Of a DNA stretch of 64,000 bases, positions 40,463 through 50,990 are shown piece after piece. The notes beneath the pieces were generated by a model. That model searched no databases, was not told where the DNA came from, and worked only from the letters and a program-made list of their open reading frames with translations. The stretch spans positions 443,009-507,008 of the forward strand of contig CAYOLO010000001.1 of NCBI GenBank assembly GCA_964404855.1, given 5' to 3'. The first letter of the stretch is position 1; every line of letters begins with the position of its first letter. The position numbers were made by a program, and so were the translations under genes. The stretch comes from an uncultured Gammaproteobacteria bacterium. Its GTDB lineage: Bacteria; Patescibacteriota; Microgenomatia; CAYQLK01.

Positions 40463-42220
40463 ATGCCTGCACCTGCCCCAAATGTAGTTGGAGTGACGCA
40501 ATCAGCTCCAGCTAAGACGCTTACGACAATCGAAGACGTTCTGTTAGATCAGAATGTTTTGAAGAAGAAAGATTATGATCAAGTTAAGCTTGAAGTAGTA
40601 TCCACCGGTAAAAAAGTTGAGGATTTATTAATTGAAAAGAATTTAGTTACTGATCAGCAGATAGCCGAAGCTAAATCGATTCTTTTTGGTGTGCCATATG
40701 TGCAGATTGCTGGGAAAACTATATCCCCTGATGTTTTAACACTTATTCCCGAACAAGTTGCCAAACAGTACGGCATTATTCCATTTGAAAGACACTTAAA
40801 TGACTTATGGGTGGCTCTTGATGACCCACTAAATCTCCAGGTCGTGAAGTTTTTGGAACAGAAGACCAATATGGGAATCAAAGTCTTTTTGTCAGGACAT
40901 AATGAAATAAAGGACGCAATTGAACTGACTTATTCTCAAAGTTTGACTGGTGATATTGGTGAAGTCTTAAAAGAAGCAAACACTAGCGTACTAGCTAGTG
41001 AATCAGGAGTAACTAAGGTCAAAGCCGAAACTCTCTATAACGCACCAATAGCAAAAGTTGTTTCGCAACTACTTGAATATGGAATAAAAATCAAAGCCTC
41101 TGATGTTCACATTGAGCCAATGGAGGACAAGGTTAGGATTAGGTATAGAATCGATGGAATTTTGCATGAAAAGCTGATTTTGCCAAAAAAAGTTCACGAG
41201 GCAATTGTCGCGCGTATTAAGATTTTGGCTAAACTTAAAATTGACGAAAAACGTCTTCCTCAGGACGGAAGATTTGATTTTGAAAGCGGACAGGAAGCGG
41301 TTGATTTGCGTGTATCTAGTTTGCCGACGACTTGGGGAGAAAAGGTAGTAATGAGGTTACTTAAAAAATCCGGTGGCATCCCTACTCTTTCGGAGTTGGG
41401 ATTACGAGGAACGGCGTTAAAAAATGTTGAAATGCAGCTTACTAGACCACATGGGGTTATGTTAATTACTGGTCCAACTGGTTCAGGTAAAACGACGACA
41501 CTATATTCAGCCTTGGCTAGGCTAAATACTGCGAAGGTAAATATTTTGACGCTTGAAGATCCTGTTGAGTATCAAATTGCGGGCGTAAATCAGGTTCAGA
41601 TTAATACGCTTGCAGGGTTAACTTTTGCTTCGGGATTAAGATCTTTTTTGAGACAAGACCCAAATATCATTATGGTTGGAGAAATTCGTGATGAAGAAAC
41701 GGCTGATTTGGCTGTACAGGCGGCATTAACTGGGCATATGGTTTTTTCAACGGTTCACACAAATAACGCTTCTGGTGCTTTGCCGAGACTGCTTGATATG
41801 AAGATTGAGCCTTATTTGATTGCTAGCTCGATTACGGCCGTAATTGGACAAAGAGTTGTAAGGAAGATTTGTGTGACCTGCAGAGAAAAATATGTCCCAG
41901 TGCCAGAAATCGTTACTGATATTAAAGGTGTTCTGGGAAGATTACTTGACACACAAATAGCACAAGGACAGATGTCTCTTTATCGAGGTAAGGGTTGTGA
42001 GGAGTGTAATGGAACCGGTTATCTCGGAAGGATTGGAATTTATGAAGTTTTGATTTTAAATGAAAAGATAGGAAGATTAATTTTGGAACGCGAAACAAGT
42101 GAAGCTTTGGAAAGACAGGCAATCGAAGACGGTATGATAACAATGAAACAAGATGGGTATTTAAAAGTGGTTGAGGGCATAACCACGATAGAAGAAGTTT
42201 TGAGGGTGGCTCAGGAATAA
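40463..42220 (+). CDS. pilB: type IV pilus assembly ATPase PilB (GspE family)
   Basis: T2SSE_N domain, Walker A GPTGSGKTTTL, and a CxxC...CxxC tetracysteine motif. Confidence 0.9.
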   Translation: MPAPAPNVVGVTQSAPAKTLTTIEDVLLDQNVLKKKDYDQVKLEVVSTGKKVEDLLIEKNLVTDQQIAEAKSILFGVPYVQIAGKTISPDVLTLIPEQVAKQYGIIPFERHLNDLWVALDDPLNLQVVKFLEQKTNMGIKVFLSGHNEIKDAIELTYSQSLTGDIGEVLKEANTSVLASESGVTKVKAETLYNAPIAKVVSQLLEYGIKIKASDVHIEPMEDKVRIRYRIDGILHEKLILPKKVHEAIVARIKILAKLKIDEKRLPQDGRFDFESGQEAVDLRVSSLPTTWGEKVVMRLLKKSGGIPTLSELGLRGTALKNVEMQLTRPHGVMLITGPTGSGKTTTLYSALARLNTAKVNILTLEDPVEYQIAGVNQVQINTLAGLTFASGLRSFLRQDPNIIMVGEIRDEETADLAVQAALTGHMVFSTVHTNNASGALPRLLDMKIEPYLIASSITAVIGQRVVRKICVTCREKYVPVPEIVTDIKGVLGRLLDTQIAQGQMSLYRGKGCEECNGTGYLGRIGIYEVLILNEKIGRLILERETSEALERQAIEDGMITMKQDGYLKVVEGITTIEEVLRVAQE

Positions 42221-42266
42221 TATGTTAAAACGAATTAAAAGTTTAATTAAAGAAAGGAAAAATTAG

Positions 42267-43325
42267 GTGACTATTCAACAACTTTTAGAGACGGTTATTA
42301 AAAAAGATGCAAGCGATTTGCATTTGGTTGTCGGCCAGCCGCCAATGTATCGAGTCGATGGTGATTTGACGGCGATTCCTGGGGAAGACATTTTGTCGTT
42401 AGAAGCTGCCCAGACACTTATTTTTGACCTACTTACTTCTGAACAAAAAGAGCTGATTTTGGTTAACAAGGAATTGGATTTTTCTTTTGGACTTGGTGAT
42501 GTAGCTAGATTTAGAGTTAATGCTTATTACCAAAAAGGTTATTTGTCAGCCTCTTTGAGGTTGATTCCTTCAAATATTAAGACTATTGAGGATTTGCAAC
42601 TGCCAAAGAGTTTGCATAATTTTGCCAAAATGAGACAAGGCTTTGTTCTAGTAACCGGACCAACTGGTCACGGAAAATCTACAACATTAGCTTCGATTAT
42701 TAATGAAATTAATCTCGAAAACCCGATGCATATTTTGACAATTGAAGATCCAATTGAATATGTGTATCCAAGAGGCAGAGCTTTGGTTTCTCAGAGAGAG
42801 TTGCATCTTGATACTCACTCTTGGGATATTGCGCTAAGGTCAGCCTTAAGAGAAGATCCAAACGTGGTTTTGGTCGGAGAAATGCGAGATTATGAAACGA
42901 TTGCGGCGGCCTTAACGATTGCTGAAACAGGTCACTTGGTTTTTGCGACACTGCACACGAACTCTGCTTCGCAGACAATTGACAGAATTGTCGATGTTTT
43001 CCCTGAAAATCAACAAGAACAGGTCAGAATACAGCTAAGTAACACTCTGGCTGGAATTGTTTCTCAAAGACTGATGCCAGCTTTAGGTGGAGGAAGAGTG
43101 CCGGCGGTTGAGATTTTGATTGGAACTCCAGCTATTAGAAACCTGATTCGTGAAGGAAAGACTCATCAGATTGATTCTGCCTTGCAGACTTCTAGTGAAC
43201 AAGGAATGGTAACTCTTGATGCTTCGCTTGCAACTTTAATTAAGTCTGGTCGAATTTCAGAAGAAGTTGGACTCTCCTACTCTACAAGACCAGATCAATT
43301 AATGAGATTAGTTAGAGGAGTCTAA
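42267..43325 (+). CDS. pilT: type IV pilus retraction ATPase PilT
   Basis: GPTGHGKSTTLAS Walker A. 352 aa with no N-terminal extension, typical of PilT. Confidence 0.9.
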   Translation: MTIQQLLETVIKKDASDLHLVVGQPPMYRVDGDLTAIPGEDILSLEAAQTLIFDLLTSEQKELILVNKELDFSFGLGDVARFRVNAYYQKGYLSASLRLIPSNIKTIEDLQLPKSLHNFAKMRQGFVLVTGPTGHGKSTTLASIINEINLENPMHILTIEDPIEYVYPRGRALVSQRELHLDTHSWDIALRSALREDPNVVLVGEMRDYETIAAALTIAETGHLVFATLHTNSASQTIDRIVDVFPENQQEQVRIQLSNTLAGIVSQRLMPALGGGRVPAVEILIGTPAIRNLIREGKTHQIDSALQTSSEQGMVTLDASLATLIKSGRISEEVGLSYSTRPDQLMRLVRGV

Positions 43326-43334
43326 AAAACATAA

Positions 43335-44546
43335 ATGGCAAACTTTTTATATACAGCTAAAGCGGTAAACGGTGATACGGTCAAGGGTTCCGTTGAGGCT
43401 AGTAATGTTGATCAGGCGTTAAACGTTATTAGACAAAACAACTTAACTCCAATAACGATTACGGAAAATAAAAAGGGTATGTTTAATAACCTTTCGTTTG
43501 GTAACTTGTTTGGCAAAGTAAGTGAGGGTGATGTGGCGATTTTTACTCGACAATTATCCAGTATGGTTAACGCGGGATTACCTTTTGCGGAGAGTATGAA
43601 TATTCTCAAAAAACAGACGAAAAATGCGCATTTTGCAGAAGTACTGGATCAGGTTGGTAAAGATGTTGAAGGTGGAACTAGTCTTGGTGGGGCAATGGCA
43701 AAGCATCCGGATGTATTTGGGCGAGTTTATATTAATTTGGTCAAGGCTGGTGAGGCTGGAGGTGTGATAGATAAAATTTTCTTAAGACTTGCAGACTCTC
43801 TGGAAAAATCCAGAAGTTTTCATAGTAAAGTAAAAGGCGCTTTGCTGTATCCGGTGATTCTTTTGGTTTTGATGTTTGTCGTAATGTTTGTGATGATGGT
43901 CTTTGTTATTCCTAAGCTTGCTGACTTATATAAAGATATTGACGCTTCCCTTCCCTTGCCAACTTTGATTTTGATTGGAATTTCTGACTTTTTTGTGAAT
44001 TTTTGGTATCTGATTATCGGCGGAATTATAGGACTCATTATGTTCTACAGATACTGGGGTAACACCGAAGCTGGAAGAGCTGTTTTTGATGATTTGAAGC
44101 TAAAAATACCGGTTTTTGGTAGAATTAATAGAGGTATTATTTTGGTCGAATTTACAAGAACCTTAGGATTATTATTAGAAGCTGGGGTACCGATTATTGA
44201 ATCACTTAGAGTTAGTACAGGTATTGTAAATAACGTTAATTACGAGAAATCATTACTGCTTTCGATAGATAAAATAGAAAAAGGAGCTCAGCTTTATGAT
44301 CAGATTGAGGAGTCAGAAATTTTCCCTCCGATAGTGTCACAAATGGTCAAAGTTGGAGAAGAGACGGGTAAGTTGGATGATGTTTTGAATAGACTGGCTA
44401 ATTATTTTGAGAACGAAGCTGACCAATTAGTCAAAAATGTGACGACGGCTTTGGAGCCATTTATTTTAGTAATTCTAGGTCTTGGTGTGGGGTTACTTGT
44501 TATTTCGATTATTCTGCCTATCTACAATCTTACAAGCAAATTTTAA
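43335..44546 (+). CDS. pilC: type IV pilus platform protein PilC (GspF family)
   Basis: Two T2SSF repeats and three TM segments. Confidence 0.9.
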   Translation: MANFLYTAKAVNGDTVKGSVEASNVDQALNVIRQNNLTPITITENKKGMFNNLSFGNLFGKVSEGDVAIFTRQLSSMVNAGLPFAESMNILKKQTKNAHFAEVLDQVGKDVEGGTSLGGAMAKHPDVFGRVYINLVKAGEAGGVIDKIFLRLADSLEKSRSFHSKVKGALLYPVILLVLMFVVMFVMMVFVIPKLADLYKDIDASLPLPTLILIGISDFFVNFWYLIIGGIIGLIMFYRYWGNTEAGRAVFDDLKLKIPVFGRINRGIILVEFTRTLGLLLEAGVPIIESLRVSTGIVNNVNYEKSLLLSIDKIEKGAQLYDQIEESEIFPPIVSQMVKVGEETGKLDDVLNRLANYFENEADQLVKNVTTALEPFILVILGLGVGLLVISIILPIYNLTSKF

Positions 44547-44569
44547 ACATTCTTGAAGGGGGGTGAAAT

Positions 44570-45136
44570 ATTATTAACAAACTAATTAAGAAACAAATTC
44601 AAAGAGGTTTTACACTTATCGAGCTATTGGTCACAATTGCGATTATTGGAGTGCTAGCCGGTGTCGTTTTGATTGCAATCGACCCAGCTAAGCAGATTCA
44701 GCGTGCAAGTGATGCTGGAAAGAAATCAGATATTTCACAGATTGCTGGTGCACTAGAGGCATATGGTGTTTCGCATAACGCTGTATATATTATAGGTGTA
44801 ACCGGATCGCTATCTGGTGGTGTTGAGGGTGCAGCTAGTGCCGGAACTTGGGATGCCACTTTGGTTACATCAGGTGAGATCAAAAATGTGCGTGATCAGG
44901 CTGTAGTCTATGACTCAACAGCAACAGGATTGACATTTAGAGTTTATCGCGCTTTAGCTGCCACCCAGTTGGCCTGGGAGGAAGGCTCTAATGATCAAAC
45001 TGCTGGTGGAGCAACAACAACTTGTAACGCAGCTTATCCAGGTGGATCAGCCGCTGTGTACTATGTCTATGACACGACTGCAGGTAAGCCATATTGGCAT
45101 TGCCACGCGTCAGGAACTGCTCCTACTGCTTTATAA
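44570..45136 (+). CDS. type IV (pre)pilin, probable major pilin paralog 1
   Basis: Class III signal: ...KKQIQRG|FTLIELLVTIAIIGVLAG. The in-frame TGA at 44564 leaves only ATT/TTG starts; ATT at 44570 sits behind a GAAGGGGGG SD-like run. Confidence 0.75.
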   Translation: MINKLIKKQIQRGFTLIELLVTIAIIGVLAGVVLIAIDPAKQIQRASDAGKKSDISQIAGALEAYGVSHNAVYIIGVTGSLSGGVEGAASAGTWDATLVTSGEIKNVRDQAVVYDSTATGLTFRVYRALAATQLAWEEGSNDQTAGGATTTCNAAYPGGSAAVYYVYDTTAGKPYWHCHASGTAPTAL

Positions 45137-45231
45137 GCATGTGTAGAAAACTGCCCGAACATTCTTATTGGCTCAATACAAATCGGTTGCAAACGGTTTG
45201 GCTTATGAGCCATTAAGGGTCGGGAAAAAAT

Positions 45232-45828
45232 ATGAGAGACAAAGGATTTACTTTAATTGAATTGTTGGTAACGATTACGCTACTTGGTGTGCTTTCGGGG
45301 ATCGCTTTTACTTTGATTGATCCCGCTTCTCAAGTTGCCAGAGCAAAAGACAATAGTATTAAAGCTGAAATTAATCAAATTGCTGGAGCAATGGAGGCTT
45401 ACGGAGCTGAGAATAATGGTAGGTATGTTGTAGGCGTAACGACTGCACCAGCAAACCCAGGAACATTATCTGCTCCAAATGAGGGCTGTGCAGGGACTGC
45501 TGGAATTTGTCCGAGCGGAATTGCTGAAAACAGAGGATGGGATGAGCTACTCGTGGCTTCAAAAATTGTCAAAAATGTCAAAAATCAAAATATCGTTTAT
45601 GACTCAGATGGTAATGGGTCGAGATTCAGATTGTATGCCCTACTAAATGCGACAAAGATTGAGGGAGCAAAGGGTCAATTGGATACTATGAATTCCCCGA
45701 CTTGTAATTCTGGTACTTATGTATACGGGGATAATGCTGAAGTTTATTATGTTTATGACTCATTACTTCAGTTAACTTATTGGTGGTGTACTTCTGCTGG
45801 ACCAGTTTGGCCACGTCCAAGCTTATAA
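45232..45828 (+). CDS. type IV (pre)pilin, major pilin paralog 2
   Basis: MRDKG|FTLIELLVTITLLGVLSG. Shares the EINQIAGAMEAYG core with the upstream paralog. Confidence 0.85.
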   Translation: MRDKGFTLIELLVTITLLGVLSGIAFTLIDPASQVARAKDNSIKAEINQIAGAMEAYGAENNGRYVVGVTTAPANPGTLSAPNEGCAGTAGICPSGIAENRGWDELLVASKIVKNVKNQNIVYDSDGNGSRFRLYALLNATKIEGAKGQLDTMNSPTCNSGTYVYGDNAEVYYVYDSLLQLTYWWCTSAGPVWPRPSL

Positions 45829-45884
45829 AAATTTATTTACTTTCTCACTATTTAATATATTACGGCTATAATTTTTAGATACTT

Positions 45885-46655
45885 ATGGAAATAGTTATTT
45901 TTTTACTTTTTGCGTTTGTTTTTGGCCTTGTGATGGCAAGTTTTTTTGGTTCGCTATCTTATAGGTTAGAAACTGATAAAAAATACTTACTCAAAAAAAG
46001 ATCATTTTGTCCAAGCTGTAAACATGTTTTGAGTTATAAAGATTTGATACCTTTATTTAGTTATTTATCAGTAGGTGGTAAGTGCAGGTATTGCAAGAAA
46101 AAAATATCTTTTTCATATCCGATTTCTGAAATAACAGTTGGTGTTTTGTGGGTGTTTTTTGCTTATGGATTATGGTCACATCCAACTTTATGGAGTAATC
46201 AGCTGATTATTCTGAATGTTTTACTTTTATTGGTTTTGAGTTTTTTAACAGCCATCGATATTTTTTACTATATTTTGCCCCACGAGTTAAATGTGCTTGC
46301 TTTGGTGGTTTTACTGATAATTAATAATTTTGATTTCTCCCCTTTTCGTTTGTGGGGGGTAGTTGTTGCAGTTGGTTTCTTTTTATTACTGTGGGTAATT
46401 ACAAAGTTTAAAGGGATTGGTCTTGGGGATGTGGGTTTGGCGGTTTGGATGGGGTACGGTTTGGGACTGCCTGTAATTATTTTGGGGTTAATGCTTTCGT
46501 TTATTTATGGAGCAGTTTTTGGAGTTGGGCTGATGGTTAAAAACAAAAAAGGTATTAAGCAAGCTGTTCCTTTTGGTCCGTTTTTGGTTTTTGGATTTGT
46601 GACAGCTTGGTTTTGGGGAGAAATTATTCTGAAATGGTATGTTTCAAATCTTTAA
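45885..46655 (+). CDS. pilD: prepilin peptidase (A24 family)
   Basis: N-terminal zinc-binding CPSC...CRYC, the catalytic Asp region GLGDVGL, and about 8 TM segments. Confidence 0.85.
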   Translation: MEIVIFLLFAFVFGLVMASFFGSLSYRLETDKKYLLKKRSFCPSCKHVLSYKDLIPLFSYLSVGGKCRYCKKKISFSYPISEITVGVLWVFFAYGLWSHPTLWSNQLIILNVLLLLVLSFLTAIDIFYYILPHELNVLALVVLLIINNFDFSPFRLWGVVVAVGFFLLLWVITKFKGIGLGDVGLAVWMGYGLGLPVIILGLMLSFIYGAVFGVGLMVKNKKGIKQAVPFGPFLVFGFVTAWFWGEIILKWYVSNL

Positions 46656-46709
46656 TATAAGTAAATGATTTGCACAAACACTAAGGGTAAACATAATATT
46701 AAGTAAGTA

Positions 46710-47303
46710 ATGCAACGATACCTGCCTAAATACAAAAAAGGATATTCGATAATTGAGCTTTTGGTGGTTGTGGTAATTATGGGTTTTTTGGCCGCACTGG
46801 TTATTCCTTCCTTTAGTAATTTTCAACAAGACCAAGATCTTAAGTTATCAGCTGAGGAAATGAAGGCTAATATTCGCTTAGCCCAAAGCAGGTCTTTGTC
46901 TGGATCGAAAGGAACGACTTGTAACGCAACAGATACATTACTGGGTTGGTATTTTGCGATTCAATCCGGGGCTTCCCAGAATACATACAGTATTGCTGGA
47001 GCTTGTCGAAGTGTGACAAATACGGTAACACCTTTTAATACCGAGCTTAAATCGACCAAAAATTCCAAAGTCGTGATAAGTAGTGTAAGAATCGACGGTG
47101 TAGCTCAACCAAGCCAGATTTTTGGACTTTTTGCACCAGTTAACGGAAAAATTAGTTATTACCCAATTAACTTTGCGTCAATTCCAGTTATTGCAACTCA
47201 GCAAGTTGAGATAACATTAACGAATAATAGTATTTCTGATCCAACTGATAATACACAAAGAGTCATAATAACTAGATCAGGAGAAGTTTATGTTACGAAA
47301 TAA
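46710..47303 (+). CDS. minor pilin/pseudopilin with prepilin N-terminus
   Basis: KKG|YSIIELLVVVVIMGFLAA. Confidence 0.75.
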   Translation: MQRYLPKYKKGYSIIELLVVVVIMGFLAALVIPSFSNFQQDQDLKLSAEEMKANIRLAQSRSLSGSKGTTCNATDTLLGWYFAIQSGASQNTYSIAGACRSVTNTVTPFNTELKSTKNSKVVISSVRIDGVAQPSQIFGLFAPVNGKISYYPINFASIPVIATQQVEITLTNNSISDPTDNTQRVIITRSGEVYVTK

Positions 47304-47856
47304 AACAAATAGCAAAGTAAATAGTGGGCAAACATTAATTGAGGTTTTGATTGCGTCAGCGATTGTGGTTTTGATTTCTGTCTCACTTATTTCCGCCTCA
47401 CTAATTTCTGTGAAAGATTCTAAGTTTTCGCAAAACCAATCAATAGCGGCTGAGTTAACCCAAAAGATGGTTGAGGAGGTTAGGGCTGAAAGAGATAGAA
47501 GGATTACAGCTGATGATTGGGCTGGTTTCTTTGCCTTAGCTAGTGGGTCGTCTGCTTGTTATGGATATTCGGGATCTCCGGCTAATTTTAATTTAACTGC
47601 GGCAGTTTCTTGTGCATCGGCTTCGGTGCCTGTGGTGATTGAAAATGTAGAATTCTATCCTTTAACTAGAATTCAAGAGCTTGATACTAATCAAGGACCA
47701 TATGCCGTTTGCGTATTTTCGACTGTTAGGTTTAATGACAGTACTGGCGCTAGGTATTCAAAAAAGAAGACAATTTTGACTGATTGGACTCAAGGAGGGC
47801 TGACTTATGTAGCAGCTGATGAGACAAGTTGCGAGACTGGAGATTTTAGTTTTTAG
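47290..47856 (+). CDS. minor pilin/pseudopilin
   Basis: SGQ|TLIEVLIASAIVV. Overlaps the upstream gene by 14 nt. Confidence 0.7.
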   Translation: MLRNKTNSKVNSGQTLIEVLIASAIVVLISVSLISASLISVKDSKFSQNQSIAAELTQKMVEEVRAERDRRITADDWAGFFALASGSSACYGYSGSPANFNLTAAVSCASASVPVVIENVEFYPLTRIQELDTNQGPYAVCVFSTVRFNDSTGARYSKKKTILTDWTQGGLTYVAADETSCETGDFSF

Positions 47857-47859
47857 TTT

Positions 47860-48405
47860 ATGAAAAAAATAAGTAAAAAGGGATTTACAATTGTTGAGGT
47901 TTTGGTCGTTATGGCTATTCTGGGCGTGGTATTAACTGCTGGTACTTCGGTTTTTATTTCAACGATTTCTACAAGTAATAAAACACAGGCGCAGATTAAT
48001 GTTAAGGAAGCCGGTAGAAATGCCTCTGAACAGATAACGAGAAAGATTCAGGCAGCACGTGGTTTGGTTCAGGTTTCTTCGACACAGGTATCAGTGATTG
48101 ATGGCGATGGAATAAGTTCGCTACTAACATGTATTAACGGTACGGCTGCGACAAATGGTAGGTTAGAAATTACTAACGCGGGTCTTGCTACTGGCTTAAC
48201 CTTTTATGATCCGGCAGATAATACCAAAGGTGTAAATATAACTGGATGTGATTTTCAAGTGGTTAACGGGACTAGCGGCAAAGAGCCCCCAGCTCTTCAA
48301 TACACATTTAATGTTAGTCAGCCGGTTGGTGCTCCCACAAGGCCGGAATATCAAGCTAGTATAAAAATAGAATCTTCGGTTGTTTCGAGAACATATGAGT
48401 TCTAG
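47860..48405 (+). CDS. minor pilin/pseudopilin
   Basis: KKG|FTIVEVLVVMAILGVV. Confidence 0.75.
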   Translation: MKKISKKGFTIVEVLVVMAILGVVLTAGTSVFISTISTSNKTQAQINVKEAGRNASEQITRKIQAARGLVQVSSTQVSVIDGDGISSLLTCINGTAATNGRLEITNAGLATGLTFYDPADNTKGVNITGCDFQVVNGTSGKEPPALQYTFNVSQPVGAPTRPEYQASIKIESSVVSRTYEF

Positions 48406-48432
48406 ATTTGACATTAAATAGTATTAACTACT

Positions 48433-49338
48433 ATGCTGAAAATATACCTAAGAAACATGCCCAAAAAACTTAATTCCCAAGGACAAATTTTAATCGTCGT
48501 ACTTTTGATAATGGTCGTAGCACTTGCAATTGGTTTGTCGGTTGCAACTAGATCGCTGACTAACTTAAGGGTATCCACTCAGTCAGAATTTTCTCAACGA
48601 GCTTTTAGTGCGGCTGAGGCAGGAATCGAAAAAGCCTTAGGTAGTGGAAATGCTAATTTTGCTGATAATTTTACTGTCGATGTCGGTGGTAGCTCGGTTG
48701 CGGTTGATGTGACAAGTCAGAGTTTGGCATATGTAGAAAGTGTTTTGGCTAGTGGCGGTGTACAAGAAATTAAAGTTGATACACAAGCGCCTCAAAACAG
48801 AACTGCAACAAGCATTGTGTTGTATTGGGGTAATAATGCAACAGGATCTGACGAGAGAACTAATGTTCCTTCGATTGAATACACACTAGTGGATGTTGAT
48901 GGGTCAGGGAATGTGATTATTCCACCTAATGTTGGTTCGGTTCGTGGAAAAGCCGCGATGAATCCGCCTGGGTCAACGCGCGCAAATGGGTTTTTGGCAG
49001 GAACTACGCCAGCGTCGGGGTTTACTTCCCCAGGTGGTAAGTCATTCCAGGCTAAAACTGAAATATTCCTTAACGCTAATACAAAAATTGTCAGAATCAG
49101 AGCAATTTATAATACCGCCACGATTTATGTGGAAAGCGGTACTTCTTCAATTAATGCTAGTCCGGCTATTATTCCTGAACAGGTCGATATAACCGTCTCA
49201 AAGGCAAAAGTGCCAATTGGAGAAGAAGGTGGTCAAAGTAATCTTACGAGGGCTGTTCAAGTGGTAAAAAGTAAGCCAGCATTGCCAGCGATATTTGATT
49301 ATGTGCTATTCGGCGCAAACGGTATTATTAAACAGTAG
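48433..49338 (+). CDS. PilX-like pilus assembly protein (N-terminal pilin-like TM)
   Basis: SQGQILIVVLLIMVVALAIGLSV followed by a secreted domain. Its position inside the pilus cluster supports the call. Confidence 0.5.
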   Translation: MLKIYLRNMPKKLNSQGQILIVVLLIMVVALAIGLSVATRSLTNLRVSTQSEFSQRAFSAAEAGIEKALGSGNANFADNFTVDVGGSSVAVDVTSQSLAYVESVLASGGVQEIKVDTQAPQNRTATSIVLYWGNNATGSDERTNVPSIEYTLVDVDGSGNVIIPPNVGSVRGKAAMNPPGSTRANGFLAGTTPASGFTSPGGKSFQAKTEIFLNANTKIVRIRAIYNTATIYVESGTSSINASPAIIPEQVDITVSKAKVPIGEEGGQSNLTRAVQVVKSKPALPAIFDYVLFGANGIIKQ

Positions 49339-49386
49339 GTTTTTACTGGTAGGAAAGATTTTTTCATAACAAGTATAGTTAAGTTA

Positions 49387-50406
49387 ATGGCTAATAATAT
49401 TTGTGTTGGTCTCGATATCTCAAACTCTGCTGTTAAAGTAATTGCTTTAACTATGGACAAGCCTCAAAAGTTATCAGGTTGGGGCAAAGTTGATTTGCCG
49501 TCAGGAATTAACCCGCTGTCCGAAGCTCCAGAACATACTGCTCCACTTGTTGAAAGTATTAAAAAACTATTTTCTGCCTCGAAGGTACAAAAAGACAATG
49601 TGTATTTGTCATTACCTGAGTCGCAGGTTTTTAGTCGTATTATTGAGATGCCTAATTTGACCGAAAGAGAGTTGTCGTCGGCCATTAAATGGGAAGCTGA
49701 ACAGTATTTACCTTTTCCAATAAAAGATGTTTCGATTACTTGGGAAGTAGTTTCCCGTCCTGAAAATCCAGCAGAAAAAATGAAAGTTTTTTTGGTAGCT
49801 GCTCCGCTTAAAATTGTGAACCATTTTTTTGATGTCTGCACGCATGCTGGTTTAAAAATTGCTTCGATGGAAAGTGAGGGAACAGCCTCAGCAAGAATAG
49901 CTGCTCCTCCTGGTTCCCCTGTTACTTTAGGTGTTTCGTTAAAAGAAGATGGTGCTGATTTTTTCGTTTTTCGTGAAGGAAAAACAACTTATTCGAGATC
50001 GATTACAACTGGGGCAAGAGCTTTGACCAGAGCCTTAGTAGCTGAGCTTGGTTTAAATGAGGCTCAGGCTGTCGAATATCGTGACGCTTATGGTTTACTT
50101 AAAGATCAAATGGAGGGAAAAATTGCAGCAACCATAGCACCAGTATTTGAGTTGATTGTTTCTGAAATTGGTCGAACAGTAGCACTAGCTACAGCGACAG
50201 AGCCGCTGTTTCCTGTTAGGAGAATCAGTTTGTTTGGCCCTGGGGCGTCATTACCGGGGCTTACACAATATTTGACAGAAAGACTTAGTTTGGAGGCCGA
50301 AATAACTGATCCGTTTGTGCAAGTCGACTCAGCAAATATTCCGCAAGACTTGGCAAAAATCAGGAGTATTTTTGTTACACCAGCGGGCCTTGCTCTACGA
50401 AGCTGA
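49387..50406 (+). CDS. pilM: type IV pilus assembly protein PilM (actin-like ATPase)
   Basis: GLDISNSAVKVIAL phosphate-1 motif, 339 aa. Confidence 0.85.
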   Translation: MANNICVGLDISNSAVKVIALTMDKPQKLSGWGKVDLPSGINPLSEAPEHTAPLVESIKKLFSASKVQKDNVYLSLPESQVFSRIIEMPNLTERELSSAIKWEAEQYLPFPIKDVSITWEVVSRPENPAEKMKVFLVAAPLKIVNHFFDVCTHAGLKIASMESEGTASARIAAPPGSPVTLGVSLKEDGADFFVFREGKTTYSRSITTGARALTRALVAELGLNEAQAVEYRDAYGLLKDQMEGKIAATIAPVFELIVSEIGRTVALATATEPLFPVRRISLFGPGASLPGLTQYLTERLSLEAEITDPFVQVDSANIPQDLAKIRSIFVTPAGLALRS

Positions 50407-50443
50407 AGTTGTATATGATAGAGATATTAATAATTAATTAACA

Positions 50444-50989
50444 ATGTCCGACATTAACTTGCTGCCCCAAGATATACAGGCGGCGCAATCAAGAAAAGCT
50501 TCTCCGGTACAAAAAATAGTCATAGGATTATTGGTTGTTTTGGCAATATTTATTGCTATTATTTTTGGTGCGAGTTTTTATGTTAATGGTCAACTGGGAA
50601 CCTTAGCCTCTAAGGCAAAGACCTTAGAAGATCAGATTGTTTCTAAACAAGCAACTGAGTCGAAATTATTAGTCAGGAATGAAAAAGCAATTGCTGTTCG
50701 AAATGTTTTAGCTCAGAGAATAGACTATGTAGGAATATTTAGAACGCTAAAAAGTATTTTGCCCGATGGAGTTAAGTTTACAGATTTTAGTTTTAAAGAA
50801 GGTAATTCAATCACGATTAATGGTAAGGCTCTATCGGCTCAAGATCTTTCGACATTTACCACACTACTTCTAGATCCTTCTAAGGGTGGAAAAATGTTTA
50901 GTGATGTTAACTTGAGTTCAATTCAGGGTCGTGAAGATGGCAGTTTTGATTTTACAGTTAGTGCTATCGTAAAAGTCGTAGGTAAATAA
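50444..50989 (+). CDS. pilN: type IV pilus assembly protein PilN
   Basis: INLLPQ N-terminal motif followed by a single TM. Confidence 0.75.
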   Translation: MSDINLLPQDIQAAQSRKASPVQKIVIGLLVVLAIFIAIIFGASFYVNGQLGTLASKAKTLEDQIVSKQATESKLLVRNEKAIAVRNVLAQRIDYVGIFRTLKSILPDGVKFTDFSFKEGNSITINGKALSAQDLSTFTTLLLDPSKGGKMFSDVNLSSIQGREDGSFDFTVSAIVKVVGK

Positions 50990-50990
50990 T